This document shows positions 35,545 to 49,567 of a stretch of DNA of 64,000 nt, piece by piece (the first letter of the stretch is position 1; every line of letters begins with the position of its first letter). A program made the translations under genes and the position numbers. The notes under the pieces are model-generated. The model was not told where the DNA came from and did no database searches. It saw only the letters and a list, made by a program, of their open reading frames with translations. The stretch is taken from NCBI RefSeq assembly GCF_963921235.1, contig NC_086097.1, positions 241,182,001 to 241,246,000 of the forward strand, written 5' to 3'. Source of the DNA: Mobula hypostoma. Lineage: Eukaryota.

Positions 35545-38500
35545 GCAATTGTATAAAGGCCTTCAAACAGCAGCCAGGTATCGGAAAGGCAATGTCATGA
35601 TAATCATTGGGGATTTTAAGATGAAAGTGGATTGGAAAAACTCAGCCAGTACTGGACCTCAATTTGTAGAATGTCTAAGGGATGGCTTTTTAGAACAGTT
35701 TATTGTTGAGCCCACGAGAGGATCGGCTGTGCTGGATTGGGTGTTGTGCAATGATCCAGAGGTTTTAAGAGAGCTTAAGGTTAAGGAACCCTTAGGGAAC
35801 AGTGATCACAATATGATCGATTTCACTTTGAAATTTGTGAGGGAAAAAATAAAACCTAACATGTCAGTATTTCAGTGGAATAAAGGAAATTACAATGGCA
35901 TGAGAGGGGAACTGGCCGAAGTTGACTGGAAAGGGACATTTGCAGGAAGGAGAGCAGAGCAGCAATTGCTGAAGTTTTTGCGAAAAATGAGGGAAGTGCA
36001 AGACAAGTATATTCCAAAGGAAGTTTCAAAGGGAAGAAGGACAGTACCGTGGCTGACAAGTGAAATCAGAGCCAAAGCAAAAGAGAGGGCATACAAGGAA
36101 GCCAAAGCTAGTGGGAAGATAGCCGATTGGGAAGCTTTTAAAAACTCGCAGAAGGAAACTAAGAAGGTAATTCAGAAGGAAAAGATGAATTACGAGAGGA
36201 AGCTGGCAATTAATATCAATGAAGATATATAAAGGGTAAAAGAGAGTTGAGGGTAGATATAGGACCAATACAAAATGACGCTGGAGATATTGTAATGAGA
36301 GATGCAGAGATGGCAGAGGAACTGAATGCATATTTTGCATCAGTCTTCACAGTGGAAGATGTCTGCAGTATACCGGACATTCAAGAGTGTAAGGGAAGTG
36401 AGGTTTGTGCAGTGAAAATTACCACTGAGAAGGTGCTCAGGAAGCTTAATGGTCTGAGGGTCGATAAATTTCCTGGATCTGATGGAATGCACCCTTGGGT
36501 TCTGAAGGAAGTAGCTAGAGAGATTGCGGAAGCGTTAATGATGATCTTTCAAGAATCGACAGATTCTGGCATTAGAATATAGAACATAGAATAGTACAGC
36601 ACAGTACAGGCCCTTCGGCCCACAATATTGTGCCAACCCTCAAACCCTGCCTCCCATATAAGCCCCCACCTTAGATTCCTCCATATGTCTAGTAGTCTCT
36701 GAAACTTCACTAGTGTATCTGCCTCCACCACTGACTCAGGCAGTACATTCCATGCACAAACCACTCTCTGAGTAAAAAACTTTCCTCTAATATCCCCCAT
36801 GAACTTCCCACCCCTTACCTTAAAGCCATGTCCTCTTGTATTGAGCAGTGGTGCCCTGGGGAAGAGGTGCTGGCTATCCACTCTATCTATTCCTCTTATT
36901 ATCTTGTACACTTCTATCATGTCTGCTCTCATTCTCCTTCTCTCCAAAGAGTAAAGCCCTAGCTCCCTTAATCTCTGATCATAATGCACACTCTCTAAAC
37001 CAGGCAGCATCCTGGTAAATCTCCTCTGTACCCTTTCCAATGCTTCCACATCCTTCCTATAGTGAGGCGACCAGAACTGGACACAGTACTCCAAGTGTGG
37101 CCTAACCAGAGTTTTATAGAGCTGCATCATTACATCGCGACTCTTAAACTCTATCCCTCGACTTATGAAAGTTAACACCCCATAAGCTTTCTTAACTACC
37201 CTATCCACCTGTGAGGCAACTTTCAGGGATCTGTGGACATGTACCCCGAGATCCCTCTGCTCCTCCACACTACCAAGTATCCTGCCATTTACTTTGTACT
37301 CTGCCTTGGAGTTTGTCCTTCCAAAGTGTACCACCTCACACTTCTCCGGGTTGAACCCCATCTGCCACTTCTCAGCCCACTTCTGCATCCTATCAATGTC
37401 TCTCTGCAATCTTTGACAATCCTCTACACTATCTACAACACCACCAACCTTTGTGTCATCTGCAAACTTGCCAACCCACCCTTCTACCCCCACATCCAGG
37501 TCATTAATAAAAATCACGAAAAGTAGAGGTCCCAAAACAGATCCTTGTAGGACACCACTAGTCACAATCCTCTAATCTGAGTGTACTCCCTCCACCACAA
37601 CCCTCTGCCTTCTGCAGGCAAGCCAACTCTGAATCCACCTGGCCAAACTTCCCTTGATCCCATGCCTTCTGACTTTCTGAATAAGCCTACCGTGTGGAAC
37701 CTTGTCAAATGCCTTACTAAAATCCATATAGATCACATCCACTGCACTACCATCATCTATATGCCTGGTCACCTCCTCAAAGAACTTTATCAGGCTTGTT
37801 AGACACGATCTGCCCTTCACAAAGCCATGCTGACTGTCCCTGATCAGACCATGATTCTCTAAATGCCCAGAGATCCTATCTCTAAGAATCTTTTCCAACA
37901 GCTTTCCCACCACAGCCGTAAGGCTCACTGGTCTATAATTACCCAGACTATCCCTACTACCTTTTTTGAACAAAGGGACAACATTCACCTCCCTCCAATC
38001 CTCCGGTACCATTCCCGTGGATAACGAGGACATAAAGATCCTAGCCCGAGGCTCAGCAATCTCTTCCCTTGCCTCGTGGAGCAGCCTAGGGAATATTCCG
38101 TCAGACCCTGGGGACTTATCCATCCTAATGTATTTTAACAACTCCAACACCTCCTCTCCCTTAATATCAACATGCTCCAGAACATCAACCTCACTCATAT
38201 TTTTCTCACCATCAAGTTCCCTCTCATTGGTGAATACCGAAGAGAAGTATTCATTGAGGACCTCGCTCACTTCCACAGCTTCCAGGCACATCTTCCCACC
38301 TTTATCTCTAATCGGTCCTACCTTCACTCCTGTCATCCTTTTTTTCTTCACATAATTGAAGAATGCCTTGGCGTTTTCCTTTACCCTACTTGCCAAGGCC
38401 TTCTCATGCCCCCTTCTAGCTCTTCTCAGCCCCTTCTTAATCTCCTTTCTTGCTTCCCTACATTCCTCAATAGACACATCTGATCCTTGCTTCCTAAACC

Positions 38501-40720
38501 TCATGTATGCTGCCTTCTTCCACCTGACTAGATTTTCCACTTCACTTGTCACCCATATTTCCTTCACCCTACCATTCTTTATCTTCCTCACTGGGACAAA
38601 TTTATCCCTAACATCCCACAAGAGATCTCTAAGCATCGACCACATGTCCATAGTACATTTCCCTGCAAAAACATCATCTCAATTCACACCCGCAAGTTCT
38701 AGCCTTATAACCTCATAATTTGTCCTTCCCCAATTAGAAATTTTCCTGTCCTCTCTGATTCTATCCTTTTCCATGATAATTATAAAGGCCAGGAAGCAGT
38801 GGTCACTGTCCCCCAGATGCTCGCCCACTGAGAGATCTGTGACCTGACCCGGTTCATTACCTAGTACTAGATCTAGTATGGCATTCCCCAGGTCGACCTG
38901 TCCACATACTGTGACAGGAATCCATCCTGGACACACTTAACAAATTCTGCCCCAACTAAACCCTTGGAACTAATCAGGTGCCAATCAATATTAGGGAAGT
39001 TAAAGTCACCCATGATAACAACCCTGTTATTTTTGCACCTTTCCAAAATCTGCCTCCCAATCTGCTCCTCTGTATCTCTGCTGCTACCAGGGGGCCTATA
39101 GAATACCCCCAAGAGAGTAACTGCTCCCTTCCTGTTCCTGACTTCCACCCATATTGACTCAAAAGAGGATCCTGCCAAATTACCCACCCTTTCTGTAGCC
39201 GTAATAGTATCCCTGACCAGTAATGCCACTGTACAGGATGATTGGAAAATGCCATTGTACTGGATGATTGGAAAATTGCAAATGTTACTCTGCTATTTAA
39301 GAAGGGTGGGAGGCAGCAGAAAAGAAACTATAGACCTGTTAGCCTGACATCAGTGGTTGGGAAGTTGTTGGAATCGATTGTTAAGGGTGAGGTTACAGTG
39401 AACCTGGAGGTACATGACAAGATAGGCCATAGCCAGCATGGTTTCCTGAAAGGAAGATCCTGCCTGACTAACCTACTGCAATTCCTTGAGGAAATTACAA
39501 GCAGCGTAGATAAATGAGATGCAGTAGACGTGGTATACTTGGATTTTCTTAAGGCCTTTGACAACGTGCCACCCATGAGGATGCTTAGCAAGATAACAGC
39601 CCATGGAATTTCAGGGAAGTTACTAGCATGGGTGGAGCATTGGCTGATCAGCAGAAAACAGAGAGTGGGAATAAAGGGATTCTATTCTGGCTGGCTGCCA
39701 GTTACCAGTGGAGTTCCACAGGGGTCAGTGTTGGGACTGTTACTTTTTTCAATATATGTCAATGATTTGGACTATGGTATTGAGGGATTTGTGGCTAAAT
39801 TTGCCAATGATAGAAAGATAGGTGGAGGAGCGGGTAGTGTTGAGGAAACAGAAAGCCTGCAGAGGGACTTAGATAGTTTAGAGGAATAGGCAAAGAAGTG
39901 GCCAATGAAATACAATATTGGAAAGTGTATGGTCATGCACTCTTGTGGAAGAAGTAAACGGGCAGACTATTATTTAGATGGGGAGAGAATTCAAAATGAA
40001 GAGACTTGGGAGTCCTTGTGCAAGATACCCTAAAGATTCACCTACAGGTTGAGTCGGTGGTGAAGAAGGCGAATGCAATGTTGGCATTCATTTCTAGGGG
40101 TATAGAATATAAGAGCCGGGATGTAATGTTGAGGCTCTATAAGGCACACGTGAGATCACACTTGGAGTATTATGTGCAGTTTTGGGCTCCTTATTTTAGA
40201 AAGGATATACTGACATTGGAGAGAGTTCAGAGAAGATTCATGAGAATGATTCCAGGAATGAGAGGGTTACTGTATGAGGAACGTCTGGCAGCTCTTGGGC
40301 TATATTCTCTGGAGTTCAGGAGAATGAGGGGGGATCTCATAGAAACATTCCAGATGTTAAAAGGCCTGAACAGATTAGATATGGCAAAGTTATTTCCTAT
40401 GGTAGGGGATTCTAGGACAAGAGAGATCGACTTCAGGATTGAAGGGTGTCCTTTTAGAACTGAGATGTGAAGAAATTACTTTAGTCAGAGGGTGGTAAAT
40501 CTGTGGAATTTGTTGCTACGAGCAGCTGTGGAGGCCAAGTCATTGGGTGTATTTAAGGCAGAGATAGATAGGCTCTTGATTAGCCAGGGCATCAAAGGGT
40601 ATACGGTGAAAGCAGGGGAGTGGGGATGACTGGATGAAGTGGATCAGCCCATGATTGAATGGTGGAGCAGACTCGATGGGTAAATGGCCCACTTCTGCTC
40701 CTATATCTTATGGTCTTATG
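35545..40720 (+). mobile_element. CR1 LINE (EN + RT) split by an antisense younger CR1
   Basis: ORFs 35549, 36247, 39242, 39530, 40006; host 'gattctggcatt|gtacaggatgattggaaaat'. Confidence 0.9.
36574..39230 (-). mobile_element. Young CR1, same subfamily as 3443-5994
   Basis: ORFs 38873, 38679, 37572 and 36549 closely match the 3519/4325 ORFs; intact QGSVLGP and FADD. Confidence 0.95.
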
Positions 40721-40729
40721 ATCCAATTG

Positions 40730-41772
40730 TCTACATGAAACATTGCCGTAGGAAAGCAGCATCCATCATCAAAGACCATCACCACTTACACCATGCTCTT
40801 TTCTTGTTGTAGCCATCAGATCGAAGGTACAAGACCCTCAGGACTCACACCACCAGGTTCAACAACAGTTACTATCCCTCAACCATCAGGCTCTTGAACA
40901 AAGGGGATAACTACACTCATTTAAAGACTCTTTAATCTTGTTATTTCATTCTCATTGTTTATTGCTATTTATTTATTACCTGCATTTGCATTGTTTGATT
41001 ACAGTTTACAGTTCCTGGTGTTTACAGTTTACAGATCCTGTTTACAGTTACCGTTCTATAGATTTGCTAAGTATGCCCACAGAAAAAATAACCTCAGGAT
41101 TGTCTGTGTACGTACGAGGGGTGATTGATAAGTTTGTGGCCTAAGGTAGAAGGAGTCAATTTTAGAAAACCTAACACATTTATTTTTCCTACATTTACAC
41201 ACTTAGTCCGGCAGTCATGGAGCATAAGGATCCCTTCTTTGTAGAAGTTGGTGTCTTGGACCTCCGGAAAGTGGTGCACAGCAGGGGTGATTGATAAGTT
41301 TGTGGCCTAAGGTAGGAGGAGATGAATTATTAACTTCAAACTTTCTGCATTTTCACTCAAAGAGTTGAACTGCATGTGCATGTAACAAGAGCTGTATAAC
41401 TCATCGCCTTCTACCTTAGGCCACAAACTTATCAATCACCCCTGCTGTGTACCACCTGGAAGTCCAAGATGCTCTTGTTACATGCATGTGCAGTTCAACT
41501 TTTTGAATAATAATGCAGGAAGTTTGAAGTTAATAACTCATCTCCTTCTACCTCAGGCCACAAACTTATCAATCATCCCTGCTGTAGACCACTCCTACAA
41601 AGAAGGGACTCGTATGCTCCACGACCGCTGGACTGTGTGTGTACATGTAGGAGGGGACTATATTGAAAAATAAATGTGCTAGGTTTTCTAAAATGGACTC
41701 CTTCTACCGTAGGCCACGAACTTATCAATCACCTCTCGTACTCTAATAATAAATTTTACTTTGAACTTTGAA
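40730..41772 (+). mobile_element. Rex1 3' end with a mariner MITE in its tail
   Basis: 'aggaaagcagcatccatcatcaaagac...accaccaggttc'; tail resumes 'aataaattttactttgaactttgaac' after the MITE. Confidence 0.75.
41115..41738. mobile_element. Tc1/mariner fold-back MITE
   Basis: TA TSD; TIR cgaggggtgattgataagtttgtggcc; both arms encode a mariner C-terminus 'YKEG..MLHD...GGDYIEK'. Confidence 0.85.
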
Positions 41773-42699
41773 CTGTCCTGGTGCAAAATCAGCAACTTGG
41801 AGCTGAAAGCCCTCGAAACGGTGGAGATGCATGTCACCTTCAGGAGGAATGTGCCTCCAGTTCACCCACTCGTCATCAACAACAACGCAGTTAGCACCCT
41901 TTCAACGTTCAGGTTCCTGGGCATCATTATTTCACAGGACCTCATGGGGGAGAACCACATCTCCCTCAGACTCAGCAGGTGATGTGCTTTTTTGCGGCTG
42001 TTGTTAAAATTCCCCCTTCCCTGAACATACTGGTGCAATTCTCACTGCTATCATCAAAAGTATCCTCACATACGGTCTGCTTTGGTGCAGCTGCCTCTCA
42101 CAATGTACAAAAGCTACAGCCACTTTGAGGAATGAGGGGGGATTTCATTGAAACCTATCAAAAATTGATAGGCCTAGAGAGTGTGGAGGCGGATAGGATG
42201 TTTCCTACAGTGGGGGGTGGGTGGGTCTACAACCAGAGGACACAACCTCAGAATAGGAATTTCTTTAGCCTGGGGTTAGTGAATCTGTGGAATTCATTGT
42301 GCAAAGCAAGTGGGTACCACACACTGCCAAAGCGAGGGGTTAAAGATATCGGTGAGCACACCTCTGTGTCGCTTGATTTAATTTTGTAGGAGGTTATAGC
42401 ATTCAAACCCTGCCACAGCTATCGAGCATCCCTTGTTGATTCCAGATTGGTCTGGAATCTCCAATTCACCTGTGAGATGGCTTTCTGGAGATCTTGCCTG
42501 CCCTCTTGTAGTTTTCTTGGTCTAAAGACTTGAATGCCTCTGATCTGGCCCTCAGCAGATTTTGCATCTCATGGTTCATCCAGAGCTCCTGATTGAGGGA
42601 GACTCTGAATGATTTAGTGGGGCGCACTCATCTACAGCTGTTTTAATGAAGTCTGTTACAGCCATGGTATATTCATTCAGATCTCTAGATGAGTACATG

Positions 42700-43140
42700 T
42701 ACATAAGACCATAAGACACAGGAGCAGAATTAGGCTAGTTGGCCCATTTGCCCTACCATTTCATCATGGTCCCTATCAGCCTTAATTTCCTGTCTTCTCC
42801 TTGTATCCCTTCATGCCATGACTAATCATGAATCAATCAAACACTGCCTTAAATATACCCAATGACTTCATCTCCACAGCCACCTGTGGCAACAATTTCC
42901 ACAGATTCACCACTCTCTGGCTAAAGAAACTCCTCCTCATCTCCATTCTAAAATATCGCCCCTCTATACTGAGGCAGTGCCCTCTGGTCTTAGACTCCTC
43001 CACCAGAGGAAACATCCACTCTATCGAGGCCTTTCACCATTCAATAGATTTCAGTGAAGTCACCCCTCATTCTTCTGAAATCCACTGAGTACTGTCCCAG
43101 AGCCATCAAACGTTCCTCATATGACGAGGCTTTCAAACCC
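42700..43140 (-). mobile_element. CR1 3' fragment
   Basis: ORF 42833 'SKTRGHCL...FFSQRVVNLWKLLP'. Confidence 0.8.
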
Positions 43141-44389
43141 TTTCAATGTATATGTACTATATATGACATATAAAGTTGACCCTTGCTCCTTGATCAGATA
43201 TATTTTCACTTTGGTTTCAGGTTTATGAGTGTCATTTTGCTGTGCTGATTGGTTGCATAATATATTTTACTTCTTTCAGTAATGTCATGCATAACAATTA
43301 GAGCGAAGCTGACGTTTCCTTTTACACAAGACACTGAAGTATTTCAAAATGATATTATCGCACTGTAACCGACAAGCTATAGATAGGCTTAAGGTGCAGA
43401 GTGCCAAGAAAAATATTCATGACAGAGTAAGTTTGTAAACTTTATCCTTTATTCTTGCCGACTGCAATTTCCCATGAAAGTAGCAGCAGGAGCGTTCATA
43501 CTGGATTTAAAGGAGTACATGTTACCACAAGTTTAGGTTTGGCTGGAGCCTTAGTGAAGGCATCCTCTTTCCCTATTGAGGGGTTAGCTGGAACCTGTGA
43601 TGCTATGGCATAGATCAGTGACTTCAGCTGAGACAGAGTAAGGTGAAAATAAATTCAAAGCAAACAACAGATCCTTGTTCAAAGTTCAACATTCAAAGTA
43701 AATTTAGTATCAAGGTACATATACTTAGGAATTGATATTACTCCTCAACCATTAGGCTTTTGAACCTAAGGGGGTAACTTCACTTCATCATTGAAATGTT
43801 CCCATAACCTCTGGACACGCTTTCAAGGACTCCTCAACTCACGTTCTTGATATTTATTGCATATTTATTTATTATTATTATTATTTCTTTTTGTATTTGC
43901 ACAGTTTGTTGCCTTTTGCACACTGGTTGAAAGCCCAAGTTGGTGCAGTTCTCATTGATTCTGTTATGGATATTATTCCATTATTGGGTGGTGTGGTAGT
44001 ATAGCAGTTGGCCAAGGATTGCCCGTACCAGCAACCCAGTTACCGTTCCCCACTGCTGCCTGTCAGGAGTTCGTATGTTCTCCCCATGACTGTATGGGTT
44101 TCTTCCAAGTGCTTCGGTTTCCTCCTACAGTCAAAAGACATATTGGTTAGTAGGTTAATTGGTCATTGTAAATTGTCCGGTGATTAGGCTGGGGTTGCTG
44201 GGCAGTGTGGCTCAAAATGCTGGAAGGGCCCATGTTGTATCTCAATAAATAGATTAAAAAAATGAATCTCAGAGTTGTACATGATGACATATATGTACTT
44301 CAATAATAAAGTTACTTTGAACTTCATACAATCCTGAGATTCATTTTCTTGCAGGCATTCACAGTAAACACAGTAAAATGCAGCAACAA

Positions 44390-46238
44390 GACCATATAAC
44401 AATATAACAATTACTGCACAGAAACAGGCCATCTTGGCCCTTCTAGTTCATGCCGAACGCTTACTCTCACCTAGTCCCACCGACCTGCACTCAGCCCATA
44501 ACCCTCCATTCCTTTCCTGTCCATATAGCTATCCAATTTTACTTTAAATGACAATATCGAAACCTACTGCTACCACTTCTGCTGGAAGCTCGTTCCACAC
44601 AGCTACCACTCTCTGAGTAAAGAAGTTTTCTCATGTTACCCCTAATCTTTTGCCCCCTAACTCTCAACTCATGTCCTCTTGTTTGAATCTCCCCCACTCT
44701 CAATGGAAAAAGCCTATCCACGTCAACTGTATCTATCCCCCTCATAATTTTAAATACCTCTATCAAGTCCATTCTCAACCTTCTACACTCCAACGAATAA
44801 AGACCCAACTTGTTCAACCTTTCTCTGTAACTTAGGTGCTGACATCCAGGAAACATTCTAGTAAATCTTCTCTGTACTCTCTCTATTTTGTTGACATCTT
44901 TCCTATAATTCGGTGATGGGAACTGTACACAATACTGCAAATTCGGCCTTACCAATGCCTTGTACAATTTTAACATTATATCCCAACTCCTATACTCAAT
45001 GTTCTGATTTATAAAGGCCAGCATACCAAAAGCTTTCTTCATCACCCTATCCACATGAGATTCCGCCTTCAGGGAACTATGCACCATTATTCCTAGATCC
45101 CTCTGTTCTACTGCATTCTGCAATGCCCTACCATTTATCATGTATGTCCTATTTTGATTAGTCCTACCAAAATGTAGCACCTTACATTTATTAGCATTAA
45201 ACTCCATCTGCCATCTTTCAGCCCACTCTTCCAACTGGCCTAAATCTCTCTGCAAGCTTTGAAAACCTACTTAATTATCCACAACTCCGCCTATCTTAGT
45301 ATCATCTGCATACCTACTAATCCAATTTACCACCCCATCATCCAGATCATTAATGTATATGACAAACAACATTGGACCCAGTACAGATCCCTGAGGCACA
45401 CCACTAGTCACCGGCCTCCAATCTGACAAACAGTTATCCACCACTACTCTCTGGTGTCTCCCATCCAGCCACTGCTGAATCCATTTTACTACTTCGATAT
45501 TAATACCTAACGATTGAACCTTCCTAACTAACCTTCCGTGTGGAACCTTGTCAAAGGCCTTACTGAAGTCCATATTGACAACATCCACTGCTTTACCCTC
45601 GTCAACTTTCCTAGTAACCTCTTCAAAAAATTCAATAAGGTTTGTCAAACATGATCTTCCACGCACAAATCCATGTTGACTGTTCCTAATCAGACCCTGT
45701 CTATCCAGATAATTATATATACCATCTCTAAGAATACTTTCCATCAATATACTCACCACTGACGTCAAACTCACAGACCGATAATTGCTAGGTTTACTCT
45801 TAGAACCCTTTTTAAACAATGGAACAACATGAGCAATACACCAATCCTCCGGCACCATCCCCGTTTATAATGACATTTGAAATATTTCTGTCAGAGCCCC
45901 TGCTATTTCTACACTAATTTCCTTCAAGGTCCTAGGGAATATCCTGTCAGGACCCGGAGACTTACCCACTTTTATATTCCTTAAAAGCGCCAGTACTTCC
46001 TCTTCTTTAATCATCCATAACTTCCCGACCTGTTTGCCTTACCTTACACAATTCAATATCCTTCTCCTTAGTGAATACCGAAGAAAAGAAATTGTTCAAA
46101 ATCTCCCCCGTCTCTTTTGGCTCCACACATAGCTGTCCACTCTGATTCTCTAAGGGACTAATTTTATCCCTCACAATCCTTTTGCTATTAATGTAACTGT
46201 AGAAACCCTTTGGATTTATTTTCACCTTGCTTGCCAAA
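44390..46238 (-). mobile_element. CR1 RT and 3' end, inserted in a Rex1 tail
   Basis: ORFs 45271..45858 ([12 protein letters not shown]) and 44539..45255. Confidence 0.92.
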
Positions 46239-46499
46239 GACAAACAATCAATCAATGTATAAAAGACAACAAACTGCGGAAACACATAAAGGAAAAAATA
46301 TTCAGGTGTTTACTTTGAAATTAAAAAAAAGGGTTTTCCAAGTGGCTGACGTCTTCGACAATCTAGATAATGCAGAAGTTCAAAAGGTAAACAGAAATGG
46401 TATGTACTCCAATGCAATAAGATGTGACCCACCACCTGGATTTATAGCTGCCAAGATGGTAAGTAAGTTAGATGGCCACTGGTTAAAGCATAGAAGATC

Positions 46500-46970
46500 A
46501 AACATACAGTAGAATATTACAACAGTGTACAGGCCCTTTGGGATACTTTTTCCCTACTCTAAGATCAATTTAACACTTCCCTCCTACATACCCATCTATT
46601 TTTCTATCATTTATCTGCCTATCAAAGAGATTCTTAAATGCCCCTAATGCACCTGCCTCTACCACCCCCCCTCGCATCCATCGCTCTCTGTGTAAAGAAC
46701 TTACCTCTGTCATTCCCCCCCCCCATACTTTCCTCCAATCATCTTAAAATTATGACTCGTTTTATTATCCTCTTTTGCCCTGGGTAAATGTCTCTGGCTG
46801 TCCACTAGATCTATGCCTCTTATTATTGTGTACACCTCTACCAGTTCTCCTCTCAGCCTTCACTCCAAAGGGAAAAGACCCAGCTCACTCAACCTATCTT
46901 CATAAGGCAGGTCCTGTAGTCCAGACAGGATCCTGGTAAATCTCCTCTGCACCCTCTCTAAAGCTTCCAT
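46500..46970 (-). mobile_element. Old CR1 3' fragment
   Basis: Minus strand 'gcagaggagatttaccaggatcctg' and CR1-type 3' UTR. Confidence 0.7.
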
Positions 46971-47049
46971 GGTTGTTATGGGCATTAAAAACAACAACAG
47001 AACTTGTTGGAAACTTCAGCAGGTCAGGCAGCATCTGTGGAAAGATTAA

Positions 47050-47265
47050 CACAAAAGATTCTGCAGATGCTGGAAATGCAGAGTGACACACACAAAATGC
47101 TGGAGGATCTCAGCAGATCAGGCAGCATCTATGGAAAGGAATAAACAGTCAATGTTTAAGGCTGAGACCCTTCATCGGGAATTGGTGAAGGGTCTTGGCC
47201 TGAAATGTTGACTTTTTATTCCTTTCCTTAGATGCTGCCAACCTGCTGATTTCCTCCAGCATTTC
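47050..47265. mobile_element. Palindromic Penelope-derived mini-element
   Basis: Inverted arms of about 85 bp around 47180; same sequence family as 28980-29177 and 7440-7560. Confidence 0.7.
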
Positions 47266-47536
47266 ATCAGCCCCTATGGAAATATCTGCCAACTATGTTT
47301 CTGGCCCAGGACCCTTCCGGACCTGAAGCATTGGGTGGTCCTCTATCTACAGATGAAGCCTGACCACTAGATGCTTACATCAGTTTTTGGATTCATTTTT
47401 AAGATTTCCAGCATCTTATATCTTTCTCGTTTTTCATGTCCGATAAAACTCAGCTCTTCTGTGACAAGCTGCAGCTTTCAGGAGATGTTGGAGCTTTTTA
47501 TGTTAATGCCATTTGAAGATATATCCCATGGGTAAT

Positions 47537-48483
47537 AGAAACACAGAAACATAGAAAATCTACAGGACAATACAGGCCCTTCGGCCCACAGAGTGGTGCT
47601 GAACGTACCTACCTTAAGAATTACTAGGCTTACCTATAGCCCTCTATTTTACTAAGCTCCATGTACCTATCTAAAAGTCTCTCAAATGACCCTATCATAT
47701 CGATCTCCACCACCGCTGCCAGCAGCCCATTCCACGCACTCACCACTCTCTGAGTAAAAAACTTACCCCTGACATCTCCTCTATACCTACTCCCCAGCAC
47801 CTTAAACCTGTGTCCTCTTGTGGCAACCATTTCAGCCCTGGGAAAAAGCCCCTGACTATCCACATGATCAATGCCTCTCATCATCTTTTACACCTCCATC
47901 AGGTCACCTCTCATGCTCCGTCGCTCCAAGGAGAAAAGGCCGAGTTTACACAACCTATTCTCATAAGGCATGCTCCCCAATCCAGGCAACATCCTTGTAA
48001 ATCTCCTCTGCACCCTTTTTATGGCTTCCACATCCTTCCTGTAGTGAGGTGACCAGAACTGAGCACAGTACTCCAAGTGGGGTCTGACCAGGGTCCTATA
48101 TAGCTGCAACATTACCTCTCAGCTCCTAAATTCAATTCCATGATTGATGAAGGCCAATACACCGTACGCCTCCTTAACCACAGAGTCAACCTGCGAAGCT
48201 GCTTTGAATGTCCTATGGACTCGGACCCCAAGATCCCTCTGATCCTCCACACTGCCAAGAGTCTTACCATTAATACTATATTCTACCATCATATTTGACC
48301 TACCAAAGTGAACCACTTTGCACTTATCTAGGTTGAACTCCATCTGCCACTGCTCAGCCCAGTTTTGCATCCTATCAATGTCCCGCTGTAATTTCTGTCA
48401 GCCATCCACACTATTCACAACACCCCCAACCTTTTGTGTCATCAGCAAACTTACTAACCCATCCCTCCACTGCCTCATCCAGG
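47537..48483 (-). mobile_element. CR1 3' portion
   Basis: ORFs 48119, 47888, 47630; same subfamily as 57580-60440 and 63620-64000. Confidence 0.9.
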
Positions 48484-49567
48484 TAATATCACGCTCGCTT
48501 CCATGAATACCTTGAATGAGGTAGTCAAAATCTCCTAATAGACTCACACTCCCTTAGGCAGTCAGAAGATAGTTCAAAACAGCAAAAACAATGCATTGCT
48601 CTGCAGAGGAATTCCCAGTTGCAAGAAGAGCTATTTAGCTCTCAACAGGTGTAAGTGCTTTCACGTAAGAGAATGAATCATCCTCGTATGCCACATTCAT
48701 CGCACCAGTCAGTTCACTGGGATGTTGACAGAGGCCAATTGGGAGTGCCAGATACTTTCTTGACTGTGAAGACAAAGGAAGCTGAGGGCAAAATAGCGAG
48801 ATTCATACCCTCATTAAAAAAGTTGTTGCTCACTTTTACATATTGTTCTGTATCATTAGCATGGCTCCTGTCATGTGATGCCTCATTATAATACAGATTA
48901 ATATGTATGTGTTCTTCTTCCGATGTTATTTTGCTGCACACATCAATTTTTTTCGCTTCAAGTAGTTCAGCTAAAGCTTCATATACAAGTTGATTCTGAC
49001 ATGAAATAATTGTGAATAAACGCTTTTTTGAAAGGCACGTACAGTCCTATTAGAGCGGGTCATATTTTATGGCATAAAATCATCTTAATCAGGATATATT
49101 TAACTGTGCTCGTCTATCAGCAACGTGCAATGGTGTCACAATATGCAGACATGAAGCAATACTAACACATTTTCAAATTGAAGCTAAGACTCTATTCAAA
49201 GTCAAAGTGAAAGTCAAGGTAAAATTTATTATCAAAGTGATTCATTTTCTCGCAGGCATTTACAGAAAAATAAAGAATTACAATAGAATTTATGAAAAGC
49301 TATTGGGTGCCACGATAGCGTAACGGTTAGCGCGATGCTACATAGCTCGGGGCATCCAAGTTCAGAGTTCAATCCCGGCATCCTCTGTAAGAGGTACTTC
49401 GATTTCCTCCCACAGTTCAAAGAAGGACCGGTTAGTTTAGCAAGTTAGTTTGTCCCAGTAAATTGTCCCATGATTAGACGAGGGTTATATTCTGTGCTGT
49501 ATCTCTAAATTAAAAAAGTAAAACACACAAAGACCGACAAATACCCAACGTACAAAAGAAGACATCC

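Noticed and set aside
41115..41738. CRISPR-like repeat array
   Set aside because: Repeats are in mixed orientation, are transposon TIRs with a TA TSD, and the context is eukaryotic with no cas genes
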